The notes: a model not told the origin generated them from the letters alone. Shown: positions 44,268-55,065, numbered from the stretch's first letter. The stretch: DNA of 64,000 nucleotides from an uncultured delta proteobacterium (GCA_963793865.1 CAWCBP010000001.1:1024001-1088000); one strand, 5' to 3'. A program made the numbers and translations.

Positions 44268-45526
44268 GAATCACCATCCACGTGTTCCCATTCACCGGTC
44301 AACAAAACAGGGGCCCAGCTCACGGCTATATTTTTGACCTGGAAGAAAGCGAGATAATCGCTCCGGTAGAGTATTTCATGATCGGGCAGATCAAGCACGA
44401 CGATTCCGACAGAGTACACGCCGGAGTGAAACCGCAAGTTTTTCAGCCTGACACGTATCTGTCTCTCTGATGCCTGGCTACCGACTCGCCATCCATTTTG
44501 CTCGGACCAGCAGTCCGCGACCGGCTGCATTGCCTGATTATATATAAATATCCTGATGACCGGATCTCTCACTGCAGACACTATCTTTAGCCGCATTTCA
44601 ATTTCCAGGTCATCCCCGCAATTAAGCTCCAAGAGTGTATCCCCTGCCGCCTCAATGCCCCCATGATACAGATGAAAATCCGACACCGCTGCCTTTCCGG
44701 TTCCGGACACCCTTTTTTCCACAAGATTAAATTGAGAGTGATAGTAGTCAATGCCCTGCTGCACATCGCTCCCATGGTGGGCAATAATTCCCCGGTTCAG
44801 CACCATGACCTGCGTGCAGATGCGATAGACATATTGCATGGAGTGTGAAACAAAAATGACCGCGGCATTTTCCATCAGCTCGTTTATTTTGTTCAGGCAT
44901 TTTACCTTGAAGCCCAGGTCACCCACGGCAAGCACCTCATCAATGAGCAGGAGATCCGGTTTCATGGCCATGGCAACGGCAAATCCCAATCGTACGCGCA
45001 TGCCTGAGGAGTAGGTTGCCACCGGGGCATCGATAAAATCACCCAACTCCGAAAATTCGACAATCGCATCAAATTGCGCATCGAGCTCATCCCGCTCAAG
45101 GCCGAGGATTGCCCCGTTGAGATACACATTTTCCCTGCCGGTAAAATAAGGGTGAAAGCCTGTTCCCAGGGCTATCAGCGCCCCCACCCTTCCTGCAATC
45201 ATAATCTCGCCCGTATCCGGCGGGAAAATGCCGGTGAGCAGCCTGAGAAGGGTTGTCTTGCCTGACCCGTTAATGCCGATCAATCCGAGCACCTCTCCCT
45301 TCTTTAACTCAAAGCTGATATCCTGCAGCGCCCAGAACTCGTCTCTCCGGAGGGATGCAGAATCAGGTCTGAGCCCAACCAGGTTTCGTGCCAGATCCGC
45401 TATGCCATAGGACATGCTCCGCCTCAGTTTCTTGCAAAACTTCTTGGAGACGTTGCTCACCGAGACAACGGTTTCTTTATCTTCACGCCCCGGCGCCCGG
45501 ATCAGTTCCTTTTGTAAATGCTGCAC
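44264..45526 (-). CDS. wzt: Polysaccharide ABC exporter ATP-binding subunit with a C-terminal Wzt_C domain
   Basis: FWALQDISF, GINGSGKTT, YSSGMRVRLGFA and IDEVLAVGD; ~170 aa C-terminal beta domain. Confidence 0.93.
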   Translation of the reverse strand: MQHLQKELIRAPGREDKETVVSVSNVSKKFCKKLRRSMSYGIADLARNLVGLRPDSASLRRDEFWALQDISFELKKGEVLGLIGINGSGKTTLLRLLTGIFPPDTGEIMIAGRVGALIALGTGFHPYFTGRENVYLNGAILGLERDELDAQFDAIVEFSELGDFIDAPVATYSSGMRVRLGFAVAMAMKPDLLLIDEVLAVGDLGFKVKCLNKINELMENAAVIFVSHSMQYVYRICTQVMVLNRGIIAHHGSDVQQGIDYYHSQFNLVEKRVSGTGKAAVSDFHLYHGGIEAAGDTLLELNCGDDLEIEMRLKIVSAVRDPVIRIFIYNQAMQPVADCWSEQNGWRVGSQASERQIRVRLKNLRFHSGVYSVGIVVLDLPDHEILYRSDYLAFFQVKNIAVSWAPVLLTGEWEHVDGDS

Positions 45527-45535
45527 CTATTGCCT

Positions 45536-46408
45536 TCAAATCATCCTCTCTATGATCTTGTCTTCGGAGATATAAAAAAGCCTCCACGATATCATAAAAA
45601 GCAGAAACGAAAGGGAAGCACAGATAACATATCCCCCGGTATGATACAGATAACCGTGTATAATAATGTCCCGTGCCGAGCAAACCAGATAGGTAAGCGG
45701 ATTCCACTTGATGATCATGCGGACCAGGTCGCTCCCGGCATTTTCAGAATAAATCACCGGGGTCACCCACATGGTCAATCCCAGAAGCACATTTGCCACT
45801 TTGTCGACATCCAGCGAGAGCACCGACAGCATGGATACCACCAGGCCAATGGCGGCCGCCAGGAAAAAAAGGGGAAGAATGACCAGGGGAAAGAAAACCA
45901 TTTTCCAGCTCGGCACGACACCGAAGAGGAGCAGCACAATAATATTTATCAGAAAAGTTACAATAAAATTTGCCAGGTGCTGGGCGGTCTGCATGACAAG
46001 TAGCGCTTCGTGCGGATAATTGACCTGAAGAATCAACGCCTGCCCCGATGAGAGGGTATCCTTTGCTGAATTGAAAAAACCCATGAACAGCCCCCACATT
46101 GTGGTGCCGATCAGAACATAGGCGGGATATGGTATGCCTGACTCGCCGGGCTTAAGCATCCCCGTCTTCTGCAAAAACACCCATGAAAGAATGCCAACAA
46201 TGGGCGATATCACAATCCAGCTCACGCCGATAAAGGACTTCTTGTAGCTCCCCCAAAAGTCCCGCTTAAACAACTGCCAAATCAATTCCCTTGCCTGGAT
46301 TATATTCCGCAGCATAATCTTCCAGGTCATGAAGAACCCAAGTTCGTGCCTGAGATTGGGCCTGTAGATGGTGATCGTTCGATTATGATTTTTGCTTTTT
46401 CTCTGCAT
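45536..46408 (-). CDS. wzm: Polysaccharide ABC exporter permease
   Basis: RELIWQLFKRDF..SYK.S.IG..W, TPVIY and WNPLT. Confidence 0.92.
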   Translation of the reverse strand: MQRKSKNHNRTITIYRPNLRHELGFFMTWKIMLRNIIQARELIWQLFKRDFWGSYKKSFIGVSWIVISPIVGILSWVFLQKTGMLKPGESGIPYPAYVLIGTTMWGLFMGFFNSAKDTLSSGQALILQVNYPHEALLVMQTAQHLANFIVTFLINIIVLLLFGVVPSWKMVFFPLVILPLFFLAAAIGLVVSMLSVLSLDVDKVANVLLGLTMWVTPVIYSENAGSDLVRMIIKWNPLTYLVCSARDIIIHGYLYHTGGYVICASLSFLLFMISWRLFYISEDKIIERMI

Positions 46409-46451
46409 GATACGCTCTCAGGCGCGCCCTCGGGCACTTAAGCCATTGGTT

Positions 46452-48881
46452 TCAAGTATTGGTATCATACAAAACACCTTTACCTTTTCTCCCCGCAAGC
46501 ATAAAAGCCACTATACCAAGGAAGGTACAACAGGATAAAACTGCGCCTATTTTAAAGCTTAATGGGTCAAATGTGAAGGTAACTTTGCTGTTTCCCGGGG
46601 GAAGATAGACACCTCTCAGATTATAAAAAACTCGCAAAATATTCTTTTCCCTGCCGTTGACGCGAACTCTCCAACCCGGATAGTAGTTATCGGCCAGAAC
46701 CAAAAATCCTTTGTCATTTCCAATAGTTTCTATTTCGACCTCGTTGGGAGAATACTTTAGAATTTTCACCTCTGCCGGATCGCCCGCCGCTTTTGGTATT
46801 TTTTCGCCAGCCGCCCCCTCCCCTATCTTATGATATTCCTCCCTGGTAATCAGAACCGATGCCCTCGGATCAAAGTCCTTTCCCTGCATCGCTTCAAGAA
46901 CCTCATCATCATTAGTATATACCGAGGCGTTCGAAACAAAAAATGCCCGTGGCAGCACTTCCCTATTCTCGTATACCTTGACCGGACCTCCCTGTACAAT
47001 CTTGAATGAATCATCATCCAAGCGGTAGGAACTTATCAGATATTTCACATTGAGTAAATTAAGCATCTGCCTGGAGAAATGAGGCGGCGCAATAATAATC
47101 TTCTCAGGTTTGTAAAATTCTTTGACCGGCTGAAAAAGTGCATAATAGCGGGTCACCAGCATTTCCGCGTATTCATCAATCGTGTCAATCCCGAATATGA
47201 GCGATAGATTGGGCATCATAAAGGACTTAAGGGTTTCAAAGGTCCTTTCAAAAGGCACGTTGGGAATATGCATGAAGCCTTCAAATGTGGCGTAGGAAAG
47301 TGAAAAGATGCGATATCGGGATGAATCCGCCTTCAGAAGTTGTACTGCTTCATTTGGATTTGAATAGTCCGCAGCTTCGAGCAGCGCATCCTGAGGCTTG
47401 CCCACTAGTATGAGATCGGCTAACAGCAGGAGAATAGCCAACACTTTTGACACCCTGACGGCTAATTTTCCCCTGATGGTGAGGATTATGAGCAAACCGG
47501 AGGCCAGGAGAAGGAGCACAAAAACCGCATATCCCTTAAAGACAGACAGATACGCTGCCTCGGCAGTGACAATTTTATGAAACAACGTTCGGGGATACAT
47601 ACGCTTGAAACGCTTTAAAGAGCACATCATCAAGGAGCATCGCCGCAAACAGTATAACTATTGCCATGCACATTTGTGACGAGCAAAAACAGATCGAGCC
47701 CCTTTGTTTGCCCCTGATTAAGCCTTTCGAAAAGAGCGCTGAATCCCATCCCCGCAAGCACTGCAAGTGAAAAGCCTGCCAGGAAAAGGTATTTAACCGG
47801 GTAGTGTATCACATTCAGGCCCGGGATGTATCTGATGAGCAAAAAAAGCGGGGTGTGCTTACCGAATGCCATGACGCAGGAACAGACAACAACACCGATA
47901 AAAAAATAGGTCATGCCGTTCCTGGACCACCGGAGGGAAAAAATCACCAGCAGGATCGGCAAAACGCCAATATAAAATGTATCCAGCCAGAATTGCCCGA
48001 ACCACCGGTTCATGGGAACGGTGGATCCAAACAGGTAAGGAACAAGCAGCTGCAACAGCTCCAGAGGATGGTATGACCACTTGGTCAGCTCCTCATAACT
48101 GAACCCGCCCGCTCGTGTCGAAGAAAAGACATATTCTGCAAAAGGGATAAGCACAATGGCAGAAAGCAAAATGCCAATTAACCAGACACACGGGATATAC
48201 CAGAGTGATCGGGGTTTTGATCCGAGAGACTGATATTGTCCTGAACGCAGGCAGAAAAGATGATAGGCGATCATAAACATGAATGTCGACAATCACATAG
48301 CAGGATGCATCGCCCGCTAAAATCTGAAGTCCGATAAGGACACCGGTGAGGACCAGATAGAGCTGATTCCTTCCTTTTAAAAAGCGGGCATACGCTAACA
48401 CGATGAGCGGCAGCCACACCGCCGCAGTGAGAAATGCGACATTATCCAGAATGGAAATCATGTAACCGCCGAACATAAATACGATGGCTGAGCACATGCC
48501 GGCGTAATTATCATACTCCCAATGCCTCATGAGCAGAAACATCCCTACCCCTGCCAGAAAGTAATGAAGCACAATGAAATACTTAAAGCCCGTGCCAAAC
48601 GGCAGGATGTAATAGATAAGGCTTAAGGGATAGAACACAGAACTCTGCAGATTTGCCAAAAAGGGAACCCCCGAGGCAAGATGAGGATTCCACAGGGGAA
48701 GAATCCCGCTTTTTATGCATTGAGCGGCGAATAATTGCCTGGGATAAAAAAAGGCATACATATCCCTTGAAGCAAATGTTTTGCTGCTGAAAACAACCGG
48801 GAAAAAGTAAAGGGCCGTGATGCACAGAAGCAGAAGGCCAATGACGATAGATACCTTTTTTCTCTTATTGCTATCTGCCAT
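46452..48881 (-). CDS. YfhO-family GT-C membrane glycosyltransferase; frameshifts near 48290 and 47650
   Basis: LPLWNPHLASGVPFLANLQSSVFYPL; C-terminal YEN..VLPRAF, LVLADNYYPGW and LRGVYLPPG. Confidence 0.85.
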
Positions 48882-48900
48882 AGGTGACTACTTTTATAGG

Positions 48901-48975
48901 CCGGCAGGAGCGGCTTTAAGCCGCGATGCATCGCGCCTGAAGACGCTCCTACGAAATTTCAAATATCTTTGGCTA
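48901..48975. repeat. ~75-bp REP-containing direct repeat, copy 2
   Basis: ccggcaggagcggctttaagccgcgatgcatcgcgcctgaagacgctcctacgaaatttcaaatatctttggcta. Confidence 0.85.
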
Positions 48976-50207
48976 ACATTTGCAAGCCGTTTCGCAGCAC
49001 GCCCTTCAAACCTACCTTGGGGATAAAACCGTGTTCCAGAATTGAAACTACTTCCACTCCTGCCTCATCAAACCATCCTTTTACTTCCTTCCGGGTATGA
49101 TGACTCTGGTATTCAGGAGAAAACCAGTCAAAATTTTCCTGCAGCCTCACCCGCCAATTCGGATGAACGGATGCAGTAAGGTACTTGATCAGCGGTATTT
49201 TCCCCATAGCCGCCAGCGGGTAACAGAGCATATACAGCAGCGGGACATTCATCCTGGTGGTAACCAGTCGCGCAAATTATATATAATTCGCGTAGCGAAA
49301 CGGTAAGCCAGTGATCTGTTTGCAAAATTATTACTGACATATTTCTCACGATCCGGCTTCAAGGGGTTGGTCTTGAAATCGGCAAATGCCCAGCAGCACC
49401 ATACAGCCAGACAGAAATGATTCCTTCTTTTTTGAGGCAATTCACTAAATTTAAAAATGCCTGACGGGGATCAGGCGTATGATGCAAAACGCCCAGGCTG
49501 TAGATTACATCAAATTGCCTGTTTCTAAAGGGCAGGTGCAATATGTCAGCCTGTATGATGTGCGCTAACGGATGAATTCTGGTTTTCTCACGTGCCTTAA
49601 GTATGCTCCGGCTCAGATCCAAACCGATGATTTCATCCGCCATGCCCGCGGCAATGGCCGTATATCTCCCCATACCACATCCGGCGTCCAGAACCACCTT
49701 GCCTTTTAAGCACTCTTCCGACAGTTGCGAGTCATCAAGGAAGATCTTTCGGTCTTCAAACGCATCATTAACATTATATCTGAGCCATTGATACCCAAAG
49801 CTTGCTTGTGTCTTTGGCTGCGGCGCCAAAGGGCGTTCACTGGCTGCATCGTTACTATAAGCCTTACCGGCTTGCACCCGGTCAAGAAAATCTTTATATC
49901 GTTCTGAAAAATTCCCCAATTCACTGAATGCATCTGGAAGCATCCGCGGGATACCGTCAGCAACCGGGTACTCATTTCTGCAGTTACAGGAAAGCATACC
50001 CTCTTCAATTTCATATGTCAGACAAAGTGCGCAATCAACATCCTTATCGGATACCCCATTCTTATGACCCTTAAATGCACATACCCGGTCGCACCTTTTT
50101 ATCTGATCGATGTGAACTGATTGAACCCTTTTTTCCCTGAATACGGTAATATTCAGTTCGCCGCCGCACTCAGGACAGACCAGATAATTGAGCAGCCTGT
50201 ATTTCAT
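48959..50207 (-). CDS. SAM-dependent methyltransferase with an N-terminal Trm112-like Zn domain; frameshifts near 49390 and 49260
   Basis: LVCPECGG...C.C...YPVADGIPRML, SFGYQW, LDAGCGMGR, LGVLHHTPDP and FDWFSPEY. Confidence 0.82.
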
Positions 50208-50248
50208 ATTTCCCTGTCTTCCTGCTGATCGATGACTTACCCTTTCTT

Positions 50249-50283
50249 CTGACCCTGTTCCCTGACCCCTGAACCCTGTACCC
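50249..50283. repeat. Short heptamer tandem repeat (TGNNCCC)n
   Basis: ctgaccc tgttccc tgacccc tgaaccc tgtaccc, in the intergenic gap. Confidence 0.6.
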
Positions 50284-50288
50284 TCTCC

Positions 50289-51524
50289 TCACAGCATCTG
50301 CCCTATCTTATAATACTTGGGCTTTGAATCAAACAGCATGCAGCACCTGGTGCAAGCCGGATACATGCCGACTTTTTCAAATTTCTGCGAAACTGTTTGA
50401 AGGAGGTTCCATTCCAGAGTCGGAAAAAGAATTGCTTCTTAATATTCCCCAGTGAACCGGCAAAACAAAGCGGGCTTATGATTACTTCGCCATGAGGGTT
50501 GATGGCAACATTTCTCCAGGGCGCCAGGCATTTATTATAAAAAACCGGTTCAGCGGGTTTCGTATAATAGAGCTTTGCTTCCTCACCTGTCAAAGGAGGA
50601 TTTTCAGCTATGTAAAAACGAAAGCGCTTTTTCTCCCTCTGTATGGCATGAAGCTGTTCATGGACATACGCCATATCTATTGCCGTGACATCCACGGCCG
50701 CAATATTTTCCTGCTGTACGGGAAATTGAGCACCGAAATGCCTGTTATGATTTTCCACAATTGAGCCGTCTTTAAACCACAGGTGTGAAAAGGTTATTCC
50801 TTGCAGCTGAGATTCATATTGATTAAACCATTCGATGAAGTCCCGAATGTGCATATGGTTATGATTGGAAATGGTATGGTTAATGGTAATTTCGGGATAT
50901 CGCTTCTTGAGCTTCCTTTTTATTATCGTCAATCGCCTTTAATCCTTCCAGTGCCCTGTTGAAGGTGCCTCTCACTCCCCGTACGGTATCGTGGACCTCG
51001 CCGATGCCATCAAGTGAAATAGTAATGCGCAGCGAATCAGGTTTTGTGCTGAGCTCCACCAATCGGTCTGCAAACCGCGATAAGAGCGTACCGTTCGTCG
51101 TGATGTGAAATTGAAGGTTGAGGGAAAGCCCATAATCCAGAAGGTCCAGTATCCCAGGATAGAGGAATGGTTCTGTACCTGTCAGCAAAACCAGCGGACG
51201 ACCATTTAATCCGGCTATGTCATCAAGCAGCGCTTTCCAGTCATTCAGTTTCATGAGCTCTTCACCTCTGGCAATGGCATCAGTCAGCGGTGAAAACCCG
51301 TTATCCTGCTTGCGTTCATTTTTCTGCCCAATATCACACATGAGACACTTCAAATTGCATGACTCGGTCAGGATAAGGCAGATCGACTTCGGTGCAAAAC
51401 TGAATCCGTCAAGGAATCTATAATCATAGTCAAAGAGTCTGAACTCCCGCCGTAACTTCCTCCAGCAGGTTGCCAGATATGCCGGGTCCTGCACCATATT
51501 GTTGAATGGTTTAAGAAATTCCAT
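50289..51524 (-). CDS. Radical SAM protein with a SPASM/Twitch C-terminus; frameshifts near 50920 and 50375
   Basis: CNLKCLMC, TGTEPF, TTNG and SLDG..HD..RG; C-terminal KCLAPW...C...GNI...CTRCC. Confidence 0.85.
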
Positions 51525-52679
51525 CAGTGGCCTTAACCCGCTTTTCCGCCAGAAGATTCCTGTAGAGGACAATGTAAGCTTCAGCGATCTTGCCTATATC
51601 ATGCTTTGCCTTTACAGTTTCTCTGGCATTTTTCCCAAGAGCGGCTGCCAGTTGCCGGTCTCCTAAAACACGACCCATGGCACCTGCCAGCTGTTCCTCA
51701 TTATCTACGTCAACCAGCAATCCATTTACGCCGTCCTCTATCAGGTCTTTGCTCCTCCCACCCTGGTCGATACGACCGGCAGGCCACAGGCCATTGCCTC
51801 AAGCAGCGCATTCGAAAGGCCTTCAAATCGGGAGGGAAGCACAAACAAATCTGAAGCCTCAAGATACGGTACAACATCTTCTGCGACGGAAACAAGCAGT
51901 ACGGAATCACCTGCCTATGCACTCCTTGATGAGCTTCACAATATTTTTCCGCTCCGGACCGTCAGCAATGATTAACAAGCTGACAGGGCGTCGTTTTATC
52001 GAGCAGCGCAAAGCTTCTGATAAGAAAATCGACCCCTTTTTCCGGGGAAAGCCTTCCTGTATAAATGATGGTGTTTTTCATCGGGAATGTTCATGCGCTT
52101 GCGCATTTCAGGTTTATCCATATGCCGGTTCATAAAGAGTCAAATCGACACCATTAGCAATGGAAGAGATTTTGGCGGGAGGCACTTGTCTCTTCCATCA
52201 ACTCCCTCTTAACAGTTTCACTTACCGCAATGATGCGTGATGCCCTTTTTAGCCATCATCAGGCACAGTCTTCCCCAGGCAGTCCTTTTTGCTCTCTTGA
52301 TATCTCCGCCGCTACCGCTGCTCGCCAATTTGAGCAGTGATGGTTTCATTAATAATACGCCGAGCAGAATGCTCATGAAGGAGGTGTAGCCTATTTGAAA
52401 GGTATGAATGATTGAATAGTTCTTCTGCTGCCTTATAAGATAGGCGGCCAGGCATGAGAGAAAGATCAGCGCCCCTATCACCTTGATCCTGGGTGAACAG
52501 AGACGAACCACCTTGACATTCCCAATGCATTCACGGCATTGCCAGCTTCTTTGAAAGCGGCTGGTCAGGATGGTCACGTCAATCCCCTTTTCGGCAAGAT
52601 GAGATGCCAGGGTTAATGCCTGCTTCTCTGTCCCGCCGACAAAGGGATGGAAATACCTGATGGTAAAGATAACTTTCAT
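51511..52679 (-). CDS. GT4 glycosyltransferase; heavily frameshifted in 51720-52230
   Basis: [14 protein letters not shown]-terminus; fragments across frames read [21 protein letters not shown]. Confidence 0.75.
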
Positions 52680-54098
52680 GTTATGGTCATACCAATGACA
52701 GTCACGTGCGATTTTTGATCTTTGGGCTGTACAGTTTTGCCATTAGCACGAACAAGCTCTCCAGCCGCTATCGTTAGGCCCATTAAAGACCAGAAGGTCG
52801 GAGAAACTGAAACCACTGAAAAAATAAACAGGTCATTAATCAGATAGCCGCCAACGGCAGTCAAGATGCTGAGAAAGAACAGTTTCCGTGATTTATCATT
52901 CACCTCTTGAAGAATCTTCCAGACATGCGCCAAAAATAAGACAAGAACAGCAAGATAAGCTGCCAGACCGGCAAGTCCCATTGCAAAAGCCGTATCCAGA
53001 TAGGTGTTATGAGCCCTGTCGATTATTACCCGGTCATGAAAAATATCCGTATATTCCTGATTGAAGTCCTTAAACACCAGCATAAACGTTTCCAGACCAT
53101 ATCCAAACCAAGGTTTCTCTTTGATTAGCTGCACGGTTTTATCCCAGACATATAATCTTGTGGCAACTCCTCTGCCCTTATCGACATCAAAACTGGTCAC
53201 CGCTTTCCGGACTACCTCGCCGCGAGTCTTCTTGTCAGGGAAAGATGATTTTTTTTGCCTGGTTCTGAGCGTGTGGAGATTAAAAAGTGTACACGATTAA
53301 AATAAAAGTTACGATAATGCAGGCAAGCCGCGGTAATTTTCCGCGCATTAATGAATTTTTTAAAGCTAAGAACAGGAATAGCGTCAGTCCAACCAGCAAT
53401 CCAAGCCAGCTCGCTCTGGTAAAGGTAGCAATCATCGCGGCAAAACAAATGGCCGCGGAACAAAACAAGGCTCATCAGCCTGAACCTACCGGTTTCACAT
53501 ATGTACAAAGCTAAGACGACGGGTATAATAAGGATCAGATATTTCCCCAAAAAGTTAGGATTGCCAATTGTGCTTCCGACTCCGTTCCCTTTGGGAAAAT
53601 ATTTATAAAAAAAATGTTCTGTGGGATTGTAATAAAAGTATTGAAATAAAGCATATAAGGAGACAATCGTCGCGCAGAGGACGAAGCCGAAAAACAATCG
53701 TGCAGCAAATTTCCGGGGTTTGCACATTATGTTTAAAAAGAAAAACTAATGCGACATAGGTTACAATGGTACAAAGTCCTTCCAGGCGAAGGGGATCACC
53801 ATAGAAGCTCAATGCCGTGTTTATGGAAAATATCGTTGATACAGCGGCGGCAATCACGTAAGCAAGAATTGAAACTGGTCAGCGCGTTCCACTGCCAATG
53901 CAAACCTTTTTTTCTGAACAGGGCCATAGCCAGCCATGCTATACCAGCTATCAGCAGCAGGACCTGCACCGATGCAATTTTAGGACGGTACCACACATCA
54001 AAGGCAAGGGGATTGATAATAAGCGGGACTACCGCAATAATAAAAATAAGAGACCATTCAATTGTCTTTGTGCATATATAGGTTAGCCTGTCACTCAT
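52676..54098 (-). CDS. O-antigen ligase / O-oligosaccharyltransferase (Wzy_C) family protein; several frameshifts
   Basis: GSTIGNPNFLG, TFTRASWLG, RLYVW..T..LIKEKPWFGYGLETF and DRAHNTYLD...GLAG. Confidence 0.85.
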
Positions 54099-54372
54099 CT
54101 CAGCACTTCATATCTAAGAACCGAATCAAATGTATACCAATGTGTAAGCATAATGCGTAATGCACACAATTTATATCCAAATAAAAGATGTATCGCTTGA
54201 CTCGAATGAAAAGCAAGGAACATAAAATATTTAATGGCTCGCAGCTACAACAGATTAACTCTAACGGTTTAAAATGCCCAGATAATTTTATTCATCGTGC
54301 AAAATCAATCTTATGATAAGGAATTTTTAGCGTATTGCAAAGAAAAAGAGCATTATTAAAAACTTGCGACAC

Positions 54373-54403
54373 AAAAAAGGAGGCATTTTATGCCTCCTTT
54401 TTT
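54373..54403. terminator. Intrinsic (bidirectional) terminator downstream of pilA
   Basis: aaaaaaggaggca-tttta-tgcctcctttttt perfect hairpin with A/T tails, 30 nt after the pilA stop. Confidence 0.88.
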
Positions 54404-54433
54404 CAGACTGGCTAAATATTGTTCCGATCTTGA

Positions 54434-54901
54434 TTAGTAGGTCTGTCTCTGAATCATCGAAGGACGAACCTCGATCTGTGCCCCGGTTAAATCTGTAGGC
54501 ACACCATTTACCCTGAAGATGTAATAGTAATCATCATCAACCAGTCCGTCACCGTCCGAATCAAACGTATCATAGGTGAATGTCTGCTGAAAATTCTGGT
54601 CAATCGGGGAACCTTTCAGGGTAACACCATTGCCGGCCATGGTATTGCGCATGTTGTCCCAGTTATTATTAAGATCACCTTCAAGTGGAAAAACATTTCC
54701 AATGGAATCAGCCGCGAATCCCGCCATACCTGCCCTTATGCCTTCGGTGGTGGACACGCATGATGCGATTCTGGATTTGTTTCTGTACGCAATGAAATTA
54801 GGTACGGCAATTGCGGCCAGGATACCGATAATGGCGACAACGATCATTAATTCAATCAGCGTAAAACCTTTTTCTTTTCTCATTCTCATTTTTGACATCA
54901 T
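54434..54901 (-). CDS. pilA: Type IVa major pilin
   Basis: Class III leader MMSKMRMRKEKG|FTLIELMIVVAIIGILAAIAVPNF..Y with E5; AAGGAGG RBS, sigma54 promoter and its own terminator. Confidence 0.95.
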   Translation of the reverse strand: MMSKMRMRKEKGFTLIELMIVVAIIGILAAIAVPNFIAYRNKSRIASCVSTTEGIRAGMAGFAADSIGNVFPLEGDLNNNWDNMRNTMAGNGVTLKGSPIDQNFQQTFTYDTFDSDGDGLVDDDYYYIFRVNGVPTDLTGAQIEVRPSMIQRQTY

Positions 54902-55018
54902 AGCAACAACCTCCTTTTAATTGAATAGGTTAATGAAAAATTATTTCACTAGCTAAGACCAACTTCACCTCCTTCCTTTCCTATTTTTGTTTTTTCGCTC
55001 ATTGTGCTTCGGTAAATG

Positions 55019-55034
55019 AGCAAGTATTGTGCCA
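55019..55034 (-). promoter_or_regulatory. sigma54 (-24/-12) promoter of pilA
   Basis: Minus strand TGGCACAATACTTGCT matches the TGGCAC-N5-TTGCW consensus exactly. Confidence 0.9.
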
Positions 55035-55051
55035 TTAACAGATGGAGCGCG

Positions 55052-55065
55052 TAAGTCATTGTTTT
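55052..55065. promoter_or_regulatory. IHF-like site upstream of the pilA promoter
   Basis: taagtcattgtttt has one mismatch to YAANNNNTTGATW; a near-identical taagttattgtttt occurs at 57471. Confidence 0.45.

Noticed and set aside
454..48975. CRISPR array or IS ends suggested by the palindromic repeats
   Set aside because: The repeats are isolated, with no regular spacers and no cas or transposase gene. They fit REP elements.
54899..54962. In-frame long PilA isoform from the upstream TTG, as in Geobacter
   Set aside because: The TTG is 61 nt upstream, out of frame and closed by TAA after 10 codons. Removing one base from the T-run still meets a stop.
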